A stretch of 64,000 bases of DNA from Squalus acanthias (Eukaryota), in contig CM059438.1 of assembly GCA_030390025.1 (NCBI GenBank), forward strand, positions 68,140,001 through 68,204,000, in the 5' to 3' direction. A program made the translations under genes and the position numbers. Below are positions 10,112 to 21,418 of the stretch, piece after piece. Position 1 is the first letter of the stretch. Every line of letters begins with the position of its first letter. The notes under the pieces are model-generated. The model was not told where the DNA came from, made no database searches, and was given only the letters and a program-made list of their open reading frames with translations.

Positions 10112-12033
10112 TCACCCCTCAACCTCCTTTGTTCTAATGAAAACAAATCCAGCTTCTCCAACATGTCCTTGTAGCTAAGATCCCCCATCCCCGGAACCAT
10201 TCTGGTAAATCTCCTCTGCACCCTCTCAAGGGCCTTCACATCCTTCCTAAAGTGTGGTGACCAGAACTGGACACAATACTCCAGTTGTGATCTAATCAGC
10301 GCTTTATAAAGGTTCAGCATAACTTCTCTACTTTTGTACTCAATACCTCTATTTATGAAGTCCAAGATCCCATATGCTTTGCTAACCACACTCTCAATAT
10401 GCCCTGCCACCTTCAGGGACCTATGCACATTAACTCCCAGGTCCCTCTGTCCCTGCACACTCTTTAAAACTGTGCCATTAAACGTATATTGCCTCTCCCT
10501 GTTCCTCCTGCCAAAATGCATCACCTCACACTTCTCTGTATTAAATTCCATCTGCCACTTGTCTGCCCATTCTGCTAGCCTTTCTATGTCCTGTTGCAGT
10601 TGATTGGTATCATCCTCACTGTTTGCCACACCCCCAAGTTTGGTGTCATCGGCAAATTCACAGTAAATTTCAAATATTTATTTAGTGTAATAAATTGCAT
10701 GGATTTTTTGCGCGCATACAATTAGGGATAGCTCGGAACTTCTCAAACTTGGGTTAGCGTTTAATGCTTTCAAGTTTCAAAAGGAAATCACGATTTCAGC
10801 AATCTGCGTCCAGTTCAGTTTTGACAGCCCTCGTGCAGTTTTCACTGAACTAAATCTCTGATTGGAAATTGTTCACTCATTCTCTGAATACATGTTTTTA
10901 AAAAAAATGTCATATGCACCCTTCTCTTGAAGGTGCTGACTCCGACTGGGTGATGGTCCTTTATGTGCTGGTAGTGCTTTGCAACCTCACCCAGGTGTCT
11001 ATTTGTAAGGGGTTTCGGTTTGGGGTGCTTGTGCGGGGTTAGGCCTTCGTTGCCTAATACTATTGCTTGCTCTGGTCTCCGGCCAGCCTTGTTGCAATAA
11101 GCACCTGTGAGTGGTTCGACCCACTCGCCCTTACGGTTCTAACACTGGACTTAGGTGCGAGAGCAGTAATGCAGAGAAAAACTCAAATAGACCCGGTTGA
11201 ATAGTACAAAATGGAAATCGTTATTGCATAACGTCCAAAATCATGAAGTACATGTCATAGGCACAAATTAATGACAGTACAAGTATACATACATTCATAA
11301 AACTTGGTCTAGGGTAATGAGGAACGCACGGCACATCGTAAAAAGGGGAACACATTATATTTATCCTTAATAAAAACCACCCTCCCCTATCAATACCTAC
11401 ACTAATCTAGATTTGTAGGATCGAGGAAATATGCTCACCACTCGTGATACTTCGGAGAATTTTAAACGAGGCACTCGGCTTGTTTTGCTGCAACACCTGA
11501 CTGTCACGTGTTGGAAGGGGTCTCTGTACCCCACTTGTTTATCTTCTCTGCTCCGGCTAGCAGGCTGGGCTCCCCGTTGTCATGAAGAACTCGACAGTGC
11601 TCGGGCCCGGCTGTAGAACTCAAAGAAAAGTCTTTCTGGACCGACACCAGTTAGCCGGTAAAATTCAAAGAAGAGTCTTCCTGTATTGACACCGGTTGTC
11701 GATAGAATTCAAAAGAGAGTCTTCCACTGGTTCGGCAGCAACCTGATAGAGTTCAAAAATGGTCTTTATATTTACGGGCGCGGTCGGGGTTTACTGACCG
11801 CGGCGGCACGTGGATTCTTCTTCTTCTCTTCTCATCTCGTCTCGTCTCATCTCTTCAGGCCTTCGGGTCCAGAACACCATTTACCGACCCTCGGGATGGT
11901 GCACCCGGTCACTGGCCTTCGTTGAGGCGGCTCGCTCCAAATTGAGCTCCACCCAACATAGGAGAATAAAATAACAACAGAAAACGCTGGAAAAACTCAG
12001 CAGGCCAGGCAGCATCCGTGGAGAGAGAAAGAG

Positions 12034-12070
12034 AGTTAACGTTTCAGGTTGATGACCTTTCATCAGAACT
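12034..12070 (-). ncRNA. Minimal hammerhead ribozyme (left arm)
   Basis: AGTT-CTGATGA-AAGGTCATCAACCT-GAAA-CGTT-AACT; one stem II mismatch relative to the right arm. Confidence 0.7.
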
Positions 12071-12349
12071 GTGAAGAGCCGGAAATCAAATAGATTTAAG
12101 GCCAGAGTAAAGCTGGGAAAAGGGGGAGGGGATAAAAGAACAAAGGGGGAGATGAAGAGACATTAAGAGACATTAAGAGATATGCAAGGCTAGAGGTGGT
12201 GTAAATGTGACAGATTAAGGCTGAAAGAAGTGTGAAATCCACTGGCAGAATGAAGGACAGCTGCCAGCTTCTAGGAGGAAAAAAAAAGGTGGGGGGTGGG
12301 CAAATAAAAGGGTGGAAAAAATAAAATATAAATGTGATTGGAGCTGAGG

Positions 12350-13591
12350 TTATGATCTAAAATTGTTGAACTCGATATTGAGTCCAGAGGGCTGTAGCGT
12401 GCCTAAACGAAAGATGAGGTGCTGTTCCTCGAGCTTACGCTGCGCTTCCGTGGAACAGTGTAATAGGCCGAGGACGGTGAGGTCAGAGTGGGAGTGAAGC
12501 GGTGAATTAAAGTGACAGGCCACCGGGAGCTCGGGGTCCCCCTTACGGACTGAACGGAGGTGTTCCGCAAAGCGTTTGGTCTCCCCAATGTAGAGGAGAC
12601 CACATCGTGAGCAGCGAATACAGTATACTAAATTGCAGGAAGTACAAGTAAATCGCTGTTTCACCTGGAAGGGGTGTTTGGGGCCCTGGACAGTGGGAAG
12701 AGGGGAGGTGTAAGGGCATGTGTAGCATCTCCTGCGCGTGCACGGGAAGGTGCCGGGCGAAGGGGAAGGGGTGCTGGGGGTAGTAGAGGAGTGGACTAGG
12801 GTGTCGCGGAGGGAGCGGTCCCTGCGGAATGCTGAAAGGGGAGGTGAGGGGAAGATGTGTTTGGTGGTGGGATCACGCTGGAGGTGGCGGAAATGGCGGA
12901 GGATGATCCGTTGAATGTGGAGGCTGGTGGGGTGAAAGGTGAGGACAAGGGGAACCCTATCGTGGTTCCGGGAGGGAGGGGCAGGGGTGAGGGCAGAAGT
13001 GCGGGAGATAGAACGGACACGGTCGAGGGCCGTGTCGACCACGGTAGAGGGGAATCCTCGGTTGAGGAAAAAGGAAGACATGTCGGAAGCACTGGTATGG
13101 AAGGTGGCATCATCAGAGCAGATGCGGCGGAGACGGAGAAACTGGGAGAATGGAATAGAGTCCTTACAGGAGGCGGGGTGGGAGGAAGTGTAGTCCAGGT
13201 AGCTGTGGGAGTCAGTGGGCTTGTAGTGAATGTTAGTCAATAACCTATCCCCAGAGATGGAGATGGAGAAGTCGAGGAAGGGAAGGGAAGAGTCGGAGAT
13301 GGACCATGTGTAGGTGAGGGAAGGGTGGAAATTGGAAGCATAGTGAATGAAATGTTCTAGTTCAGGGCGAGAGCAGGAGACGGCACCGATACAGTCATCA
13401 ATGTACCGGAAAAAGAGGTGAGGGAGGGGACCCGAGTAGGACTGGAACAAAGAGTGTTCCACATATCCCACGAAAAGGCAGGCATAGCTAGGACCCATGC
13501 GGGTACCCATAGCAACACCTTTAATTTGGAGGAAATGGGTAGAGTCAAAGGAGAAGTTGTTCAATGTGAGAACAAGTTCAGCCAGGCGGAG
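12350..13591 (-). pseudogene. Penelope RT (C-terminal part) plus GIY-YIG endonuclease, 5'-truncated
   Basis: GVAMGTRMGPSYA, RYIDD, FLD, HYKPTD, C-x4-C-x2-C, LVYCIRCSRCGLLYIGETKR. Has a 15-bp in-frame deletion (RLGDR) relative to the right arm. Confidence 0.92.
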
Positions 13592-14725
13592 GGATATGTG
13601 GAACACTCTTTGTTCCAGTCCTACTCGGGTCCCCTCCCTCACCTCTTTTTCCGGTACATTGATGACTGTATCGGTGCCGTCTCCTGCTCTCGCCCTGAAC
13701 TAGAACATTTCATTCACTGTGCTTCCAATTTCCACCCTTCCCTCACCTTCACATGGTCCATCTCCGACTCTTCCCTTCCCTTCCTCGACTTCTCCATCTC
13801 CATCTCTGGGGATAGGTTATTGACTAACATTCACTACAAGCCCACTGACTCCCACAGCTACCTGGACTACACTTCCTCCCACCCCGCCTCCTGTAAGGAC
13901 TCTATTCCATTCTCCCAGTTTCTCCGTCTCCGCCGCATCTGCTCTGATGATGCCACCTTCCATACCAGTGCTTCCGACATGTCTTCCTTTTTCCTCAACC
14001 GAGGATTCCCCTCTACCGTGGTCGACACAGCCCTCGACCGTGTCCGTTCTATCTCCCGCACTTCTGCCCTCACCCCTGCCCCTCCCTCCCGGAACCACGA
14101 TAGGGTTCCCCTTGTCCTCACCTTTCACCCCACCAGCCTCCACATTCAACGGATCATCCTCCGCCATTTCCGCCACCTCCAGCGTGATCCCACCACCAAA
14201 CACATCTTCCCCTCACCTCCCCTTTCAGCATTCCGCAGGGACCGCTCCCTCCGCGACACCCTAGTCCACTCCTCTACCACCCCCAGCACCCCTTCCCCTT
14301 CGCCCGGCACCTTCCCGTGCAAGCGCAGGAGATGCTACACATGCCCTTACACCTCCCCTCTTCCCACTGTCCAGGGCCCCAAACACCCCTTCCAGGTGAA
14401 ACAGCGATTTACTTGTACTTCCTGCAATTTAGTATACTGTATTCACTGCTCACGATGTGGTCTCCTCTACATTGGGGAGACCAAACGCAGATTGGGTGAC
14501 CGCTTTGCGGAACACCTCCGTTCAGTCCGTAAGGGGGACCCCGAGCTCCCGGTGGCCTGTCACTTTAATTCACCGCTTCACTCCCACTCTGACCTCACCG
14601 TCCTCGGCCTATTACACTGTTCCACGGAAGCGCAGCGTAAGCTCGAGGAACAGCACCTCATCTTTCGTTTAGGCACGCTACAGCCCTCTGGACTCAATAT
14701 CGAGTTCAACAATTTTAGATCATAA
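13592..14725 (+). pseudogene. Penelope RT (from the RYIDD region) plus intact GIY-YIG endonuclease, 5'-truncated
   Basis: ORF 13418-14725 reads FFRYIDD..LVYCIHCSRCGLLYIGETKRRLGDRFAEH..EQHLIFRLGTLQPSGLN. Confidence 0.92.
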
Positions 14726-15006
14726 CCTCAGCTCCAATCACATTTATATTTTATTTTTTCCACCCTTTTATTTGCCCCCCCCCCACCTTTTTTTTTTCCC
14801 TCCTAGAAGCTGGCAGCTGTCCTTCATTCTGCCAGTGGATTTCACACTTCTTTCAGCCTTAATCTGTCACATTTACACCACCTCTAGCCTTGCATATCTC
14901 TTAATGTCTCTTAATGTCTCTTCATCTCCCCCTTTGTTCTTTTATCCCCTCCCCCTTTTCCCAGCTTTACTCTGGCCTTAAATCTATTTGATTTCCGGCT
15001 CTTCAC

Positions 15007-15043
15007 AGTTCTGATGAAAGGTCATCGACCTGAAACGTTAACT
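15007..15043 (+). ncRNA. Minimal hammerhead ribozyme (right arm)
   Basis: AGTT-CTGATGA-AAGGTCATCGACCT-GAAA-CGTT-AACT. Confidence 0.78.
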
Positions 15044-15240
15044 CTCTTTCTCTCTCCACGGATGCTGCCTGGCCTGCTGAGTTTTTCCAGCGTTTTCTGT
15101 TGTTATTTCAGATTTCCAGCATCCGCAGTATTTTGCTATCGTCATAGGAGAATAAAAGTTCAGCCCACGTCAAGAGTCAGTTCAAACGAATCAGTCCCGG
15201 GAGGATCAGAGGAATAAGAGAGAGATGGACGTTTGTTCAC

Positions 15241-15250
15241 TATAGTTATA
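15241..15250 (-). promoter_or_regulatory. Putative LTR TATA box
   Basis: TATAACTATA ~600 bp inside the LTR end, followed ~25 nt later by a pyrimidine-rich CTCTCTCTTATTCC initiator-like tract. Confidence 0.4.
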
Positions 15251-16139
15251 GTGCTGTGTTCCCTTATCTCCCGCCCAAATCTTAATGTTCATCCTTTGTA
15301 AAATCTTGGCGCTCAAAATTAACAGTATGGGGTGATTCTTGTTTGTAATGGGTTTCGGTAGCACCTTAAACTGGCCAACTACCCGTTAATGTTTTCCCCA
15401 TTGTCGAACCGGCTAGGAGCCTCCCTGACTGGTTTTGGGGCCTCCTCGAATACTGACTTAATCACCCGAGAATGGCTCTCTCATTGTAGAGCCGTGGGGA
15501 ATTTGCGTATTGATGTATCTGGATGGGCCTTCGATTGCCCAGTACAATGGTCCTTACTTGCGCATGGAAAATGATTCCAGCACTTATATCTTTGCTATTG
15601 TGTCGAATGCAGACAGGCTGCATCCTGTCTTTATCAATGTTTGCCGAGTATTATCCAATCTTATACTGAAATGTTTATTCGAACGCCATCTTGTCTGCCC
15701 ACTGAAAATTCTGGAAGCTTCTGCCACGAGGCGCGGCGGCCATTTTACAGGCTTCTGTGTCCTGTTTAATCATGACAGCATTTCGTTGAAATAAAACTGA
15801 TGAAACGAATCTGCTTTATCTCGTTATTTCGAATCGCGATAATTGCGAATTTTACATATTCTTATATTGCATCAACTTGTACGTAAAGTTAGCAAGATGT
15901 TTTCACAACTGAGCCTGATCTGGTCATCCATGATGTCCACGCGGATGCATTTTTGGTCAAGAGTTACTAAATAATGATAGGAGGCGCTGCACTGGTTCAT
16001 CTATTCCTTCATTAGCCTGGAGGAGCAGTGGTCAACTGCAGGGCCGTGCAGCCTGGCTGAACTCAACCCATGCAGCACAGACTGCTGATCAACTGTAAAA
16101 CCTTCCTGGTCTACGTGGCTCAGTGCCACATGAGCCTGA

Positions 16140-17340
16140 GGAACTTGCATTTATATCACACTGTTTATGTCCTCAAGACATTCCAAAGTTCTTCACAGCC
16201 CACGAATTACTGTTCAGGTGTGCTCACCCTTGTTACTTAGGCAAATACCGCAGCCAATTTGCGCACATCAAGGTCCCACAGCCAGCAATCAGTTAAAGGA
16301 CCAGTTATTGGCCCATATTTTCCGATGCCTACAGGTGTGTACGAGTTGTGTACACACCCGTAGGGACATCGGAAATGCCGGTTTCAGGCATGCCAAGCGC
16401 ATGCGCTGAAAACCGGCATTTCCGATCTGTCAAGAATGCTCTTGACAGATCGCACGCCTGCCCTGGAGAAGGGCCTCTGCGGATGGAGATTTCCACTTTC
16501 TGCAGAACCTCCGCCCGCTGAAATACCTTGGAAATCTTATGCCTGGTAGCCTGCTTTTACCAGCATAAGAGTTTAAAAAAGTAAAAAAAAAAATTTTTTT
16601 TCACTTATTTATAATTTAAAAATACTTTTAAAAAAGGTAAGTTTATTTTTAGCCCCGTAAAAAACTTTAATTAATTTTTTTAAAGTTTAATTTAATGTAA
16701 TTTTAGCTCATTTTAAAAACGTGATGGTTTTAAAAAAATTTATTTAATGTTTTAGTGTCTTTTTGGGGTGATCTCCATTCATACTTTTGACAGGTCTATC
16801 TATCAAAGGTATGAAGGGGGATTCCCTTCTTTCATTGGCTCGCCCGGCCCACGTGATCCCAGGGATGCTTGCGAACCGCCTGCGCCCCTGGGATACGTGG
16901 GCCCTGCGTATTTCGACTCTGGAGAGGCCCAGGAGCGGAAGTGTCCGGACCTTGGGAGCCCTCAGGTAAGAGCGTAGATTTTTTCCGATAGGAGGCATCC
17001 GCACGCAGGAAGTCTCCTATCGGAAATTACGGGACAATATGTTCTGTTGGTGTTGTTTAAGGGGAAAATGTTGGCCAGGGCAACAGGAGAAGTCTTCTGC
17101 TCTGTTTTCAGATCGTGGCAAGGAATCTTTCACACCCACTTGATTGGGCAGGCAGGGCCTTGATTTAACAGCTGGTGTGAAAGGCAGCACCTCCAAACCA
17201 ACAGTGCAGCACTCCCTCAGTACGGCACTGGAATATCAACCTAGATTGTGTACTCAAGTTCTGTGGGGGGTTTGAAGAACTTGAACCCAGGATTTATTGA
17301 CTGAGAAACAAGAGTGCGACCACTGAATCAAGGCTGGTAC
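16140..17340 (-). mobile_element. LF-SINE-like SINE split by a MITE
   Basis: 16140-16308 plus 17037-17340 align with 4921-5385. Confidence 0.8.
16310..17035. mobile_element. Harbinger-type MITE (GGCCC..TTTCCGAT family)
   Basis: TIRs GGCCCATATTTTCCGAT...ATCGGAAATTACGGGAC. Related copies at 28602, 34552 and 35997. Confidence 0.85.
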
Positions 17341-17353
17341 TCTGAGAGAGTAT

Positions 17354-17823
17354 TTTCTTCTTAGGCAGTCCCTCGGAACCGAGGATGACTTGCTTCCACA
17401 TTAAAAATGAGTTCACAGGTGACTGATGAGTCCAATGCGGGACCTACAGTCTCTATCACAGGTGGGGCAGACGGTGGTTGAAGGGGCGGGTGGGTGGGGT
17501 GTTTAGGTTGACGTGCGCTCCTTGCGCTGCCTGCGCTTGGCTTCCGCTTGCTCCCGGCGAACAGACTCGAGGTGTTCGGCGCCTTCCTGGATGCTTCTCC
17601 TCCACTTTGTAGGGTCTTGGGCCAGGGATTCCCAGGTGTCGGTGGGGATGTAGCACTTTGTCAAGGAGGCTTTGAGGGTGTCCTTGAAGCGTTTCCTCTG
17701 CCCACCTGGGGCTCTCTTGCCGTGTCGGAGCTCCGAGTGGAGCGCTTATTTTGGGAGTCTCGTATCGGGCATGCGGACGATGTGACCCGTCCATCGGAGC
17801 TGATTGAGCATGGTCAAAGCTCA
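17354..17823 (-). mobile_element. RTE-clade LINE 3' end
   Basis: Highly similar to 46235-46700; (AAG)n tail; 11-bp TSD TGAGAGAGTAT. Confidence 0.92.
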
Positions 17824-18704
17824 TGAGAGAGTATATTTACTAACTGAGCCACTAAATTCATAAATATAGGTTTAAATCCTATAATTTCCTGTGGTGTTAT
17901 GATCTGATCATCTGAATCTTTATTTACAAAACCTCTTTATTTATTTGTGATTAACTTTGTAAATAGTACGAGGGCCAAAAAGTAAATCCAAGAGCTAAGT
18001 GTGGCAAAGATTAGGATGAGGTTAATGCTTTAATTAAGTCGTTGGTAAATACAAGCTCTCATGATGCACTGCCAGTGGACCTTTACAAAAGGACAACTAA
18101 ACTCCATTGGAGAAATCACCCTCTGCATTTCTTTAAAAATCTCCCATCAACATAACACTGTGAATGTTCTCTTACAGTGCAATACTGACTTACTATGAAA
18201 ATAAATTAATCACAATACCTGCATCCTACCAAAAATACCCCAACACAAAATTAGTGAGATTTGGAAAACACAGCTTGCTTGGCAGACTTTCTGCAAGTGT
18301 GCTTATTAATGCTGGAATCGGAGTTGGCAGTGAAAAAGAACTTTTCTCAGGAGATGGACGTGTCACAGGCATTGGCTGAGTCTCCTCAGTGGTGAGAAAG
18401 GCACTTGAACCTCATCAGGGTCTCCTTTCATTTTACTGATCTTACCTCCGAAGCAAGTGTGCTGCAGCCTCACCCTTTGCCAGAACTGACTGACTGTGGA
18501 GAATTCCCATTTGTTCCGAATTAAGCAGCATGGCACTACGTTGATATTTTTCTGTTTTTCACCTCTCCTAGACTCACTCGGCAAGGTTCATTCATTTATT
18601 ACTCGCCATTTGAGCAGTTTTTCCTGGACAATTCATATTGCACTATCATGAAGTATGAAAAACCAAACTTTGCTGCGATTGAGCAGTTATTTCACTTTGT
18701 CTTC

Positions 18705-18912
18705 GTAGAATCATCGAATCCCACAGCACAGAAGGAGGCCATTCGGCCCATCATGCCTGTGCTGGCTCTTTGAAAAAGCTATCCAATTACTCCCACTCCC
18801 TTGCTTGATCCCCATAGCCCTGCAAATTTATCCAATTCCCTTTTGAAAGTTACTATTGAATCTGCTTTCACTACCCTGTCAGGCAGCGCATTCCCGATCA
18901 TAACAACTCACC
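18705..18912 (-). mobile_element. CR1 3' UTR fragment
   Basis: (ATTCTATG)-like tail and GGCCGAATGGCCTCCTTCTGTGCTG motif. Confidence 0.8.
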
Positions 18913-18974
18913 TTGAAATGAACGGGGACTTAACACTGCATTTAAGAGGAAACTTTTTTTTAATGAGCAGGTCT

Positions 18975-19505
18975 TGTGTAGTATTACTTAACTGGATATC
19001 GGGTTGCGGACTGCTATGTTCTGAGTAAGAAATCGTGAATTGGAAGAAATAACTTGAGACAAAAAAGTCTCTTCAGACTGGTGTTAGAATAACTGGATAG
19101 ACGCTTAGAATTTGCTGATGTTCTTGGTTCCCTGTGGATGTTATAATATTCTGCACCGTGGCGGTGACCTTGTTTCCAGACTAGCTGTCTGCTGTCTGTG
19201 TGCTAGAAAGGTTGTTGACTGTATCTTTGATAATCTACCCTAGGCCCACCCCTAAAAAGAGAGTAAAAGAGATATCGAAAAGAGCTTTTAGCACAGACGG
19301 TGAAGGGAAGTGAAGAGCTATTCACGCATGCCAGTCGTCAGTCCGATCGGGACCGATACCAGCTGCTTGTCACAATCGTATGTCTATTATTTTTATCTTG
19401 ATTGCGTGTTGTATTTAACTTAAACTACCGCTCCTTAATAAAATGCCTTACAACTCCTAAGACCCTTTGGGTAATCTGTGTGTGACCTGTGATCCAAATC
19501 TTACA
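18975..19505 (+). mobile_element. Possible solo LTR
   Basis: TATA-like CCTAAAAAGA, AATAAA at ~19437 and a CTTACA end. No TSD found; 5' end uncertain. Confidence 0.35.
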
Positions 19506-20121
19506 ACTGTACTAAGCTGAAGTAATTCTCATTGGGGTCAGAGGCAACAAGAAAGAAGAAAATTTATAGACATTCATGACACGCCTATTATTCAGTTTCC
19601 AGTTATAAAATTGCCTAAAGTGATGTCTCCATGGATGAAAGGTTACACACTTAAACGTCATAACCCATCTTCTTTCATTGCAAATGCTGACTGATATTTC
19701 TAGCATTATCTGTTTATATCTGGATTTCTCCACTTCCCATTTTTCCCTCGTCAGTATAATCCCTGAACATTAATTTAGGACACTTTTGTACCACGTTTAC
19801 TGAGTCTCACACCTATGACATGAGTTTCATTTGAGCTTCAGATGTAAATAACGGGGCAGGCTTCGCAGAGGAATTTGAAGTTCTCAAGTGGCATTTGCAC
19901 AAATTGGCCAGATAGTATAATAACAGGCTCTGAATACCAGGAAAAGTAAGAAACAACTTTAGAATACTCGCAGAAATTAGAATGACAGAAAGTGAAGAAA
20001 AGTCATTTCATGATTGGAGTTTGACACAAAGCTGTCAACATTAGACAATGATGTGGAGATGCCGGTGTTGGACTGGGGTGGACAAAAGTGAGAAGTCGCA
20101 CAACACCAGGTTATAGTCCAA

Positions 20122-21014
20122 GGGGTAAAAATTCAGTTGGTTGCGCCTCCCGTTAGCGCCTTAAGAGGGCACTAATGGGGCGCAAAGCCGCTAACGCCCG
20201 GGCGCAGCGATGTTTGCGCCGCTCGGGAACTTAACTAGAGATTGTGCGGCGACGCTAAACTTTACCGCTGCGACCACCTGCGTGCGCAGTTTGTGACGTC
20301 ATTCCATGGTGCAACGCCCTTGTGGCGCCCCGGAGCGGAAATTGAGTGGCGCCCCCTGCCTTACCGCCTGGCGCATCCAACGACCAGAAGACTGGAACGC
20401 TATCAATCGCTGTGGGGCTGGGGGGGGCGCTATTTAAAGGGGGCCTCTTCCTGCCTTTTATTGTTGGTGGCATTTTTGAACTACGCATTCTGAGAGATAG
20501 AGGGAGAGACTTCTGGAGAGATTCAACGTTGTGTGAAGGAGTTTTGGGTACTGAGCAGCACTTTGCAGGTTCATTTTGATTTGCCATTCCTTGTATCGAT
20601 TTAGCAGAGACTGTGGGAGCTGCACTCTGAGCTCTTTGCCTGGTACTCTCCATTGTTCTTTCCAGCACATTTGATGTGCAAGTCTCTCCAGGCCGAGATT
20701 CAAGGCAGCAATGAACAGGATGTGGATGGAAAGCAAGATTAACTATCCCCTTTAAGAACTGGCCCGTGCCATTGTGTGTGTGTTCCATTGCTGACTGACA
20801 TTACATGAGCTTCGCCAGCGCTCTGAGTTAGCGCCTCACTCCTTGGCCTTTGCGCCTTAAGACAGGTGTGCAGCGTCTGATTTAGCGCTCCACTCACCTC
20901 CCGGGGCGGTAAAAGTGAAGTTTCCAGTCAGTGCCAATAATTAGCGCCAGGCACTAATATTTGCGTCCAGACGATATTTGCGCCCCAAATGGGGCGCAAC
21001 CTAATTTTTCCCCC
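20122..21014. mobile_element. Harbinger-type non-autonomous element (GGGGTAAAAATT family)
   Basis: TIRs present; TSD CAA, confirmed by the empty host sequence TAGTCCAACAG at 6651 and 42108. Near-identical copy at 36175-37067. Confidence 0.92.
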
Positions 21015-21032
21015 CAACAGTTTTATTAGAAA

Positions 21033-21070
21033 TTACAAGCTTTCAGAACGGCTGCTCCTTCGTCAGGTGA
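21033..21070 (-). ncRNA. Minimal hammerhead ribozyme (PLE family 2)
   Basis: TCAC-CTGACGA-AGGAGCAGCCGTTCT-GAAA-GCTT-GTAA; a truncated mirror copy lies on + at 21073-21105. Confidence 0.65.
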
Positions 21071-21418
21071 AGTGATGAAGGAGCAGCCGCTCCGAAAGCT
21101 TGTGATTTCTAATAAAACTGTTGGACTATAACCTGGTGTTGTGCGACTTCTAACATCAGACAAGTCTAGGATGTGAGAGTTCCAGTGCCACCATTTACCA
21201 GAAGGGTAAATTCACACTGTACCTCTGATTAGAAATGGAAATCCCTACAGTGAGCCACAAAGAGCAGCCAAGTGGAATTAACATTGTCACTTTTTTTTCA
21301 CCTTTTTTTCCCCACCGTAGCGCGGCTGTGAGACTTGCAAATGTTCTCTCTTTCTGCAATTTAACGCACAAAGCCTGCATGCATGTGACTGCAATCCCAA
21401 AGCAGAAGCTTATGATCA

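Larger units (their letters stand above)
9403..10658 (-). mobile_element. 5'-truncated CR1 (RT C-terminal half); tail remnants extend to 7677
   Basis: FADD at ~10650 and ORF 10042-10629 (WADKWQMEFN, LEYCVQFWSP, RRLRG). Interrupted by a Penelope fragment. Confidence 0.9.
11972..15142. mobile_element. Penelope-like family 1 fold-back: two 5'-truncated copies head-to-head
   Basis: 11972-13469 is the near-identical reverse complement of 13591-15105, with a ~120-nt loop. 15-bp TSD CATAGGAGAATAAAA (11957-11971 and 15143-15157). Confidence 0.95.
11004..15856 (-). mobile_element. Solo LTR (~1.67 kb once the nested Penelope is removed)
   Basis: TGTAA...TTACA termini, 4-bp TSD TATT (11000-11003 and 15857-15860), CpG-rich, no coding capacity. 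Orientation inferred from minus-strand TATAACTATA at 15241-15250. Confidence 0.8.
10920..16135 (-). mobile_element. Old DeuSINE-like SINE split by the solo LTR (10920-11003 and 15857-16135)
   Basis: The two flanks join into one SINE-like sequence, with the GAGTCAGCACCTTCAAGAG tail on the left and the TGTGGCACTGAGCCACGTAGACCAGGAAGG head on the right. Confidence 0.6.
20049..21151. mobile_element. Penelope-like family 2 mini fold-back, split by a MITE
   Basis: Inverted pLTR ends centred near 21070; 12-bp TSD AACATYAGACAA (20037-20048 and 21152-21163). Confidence 0.85.

Noticed and set aside
12796..14264. Additional mirrored ORFs in the palindrome
   Set aside because: Alternative-frame and antisense shadows of the Penelope ORF.
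18285..18391. Possible host exon (LESELAVKKNFSQEMDVSQALAESPQ, GTGAGA donor)
   Set aside because: Weak acceptor, no recognisable homology and no partner exons. It needs RNA-seq or tBLASTn to support it.
20255..20788. 177-aa ORF repeated at 36308-36841
   Set aside because: Both copies are young and near-identical, so an open frame is expected. No domain is recognisable beyond a faint resemblance to a Myb N-terminus.
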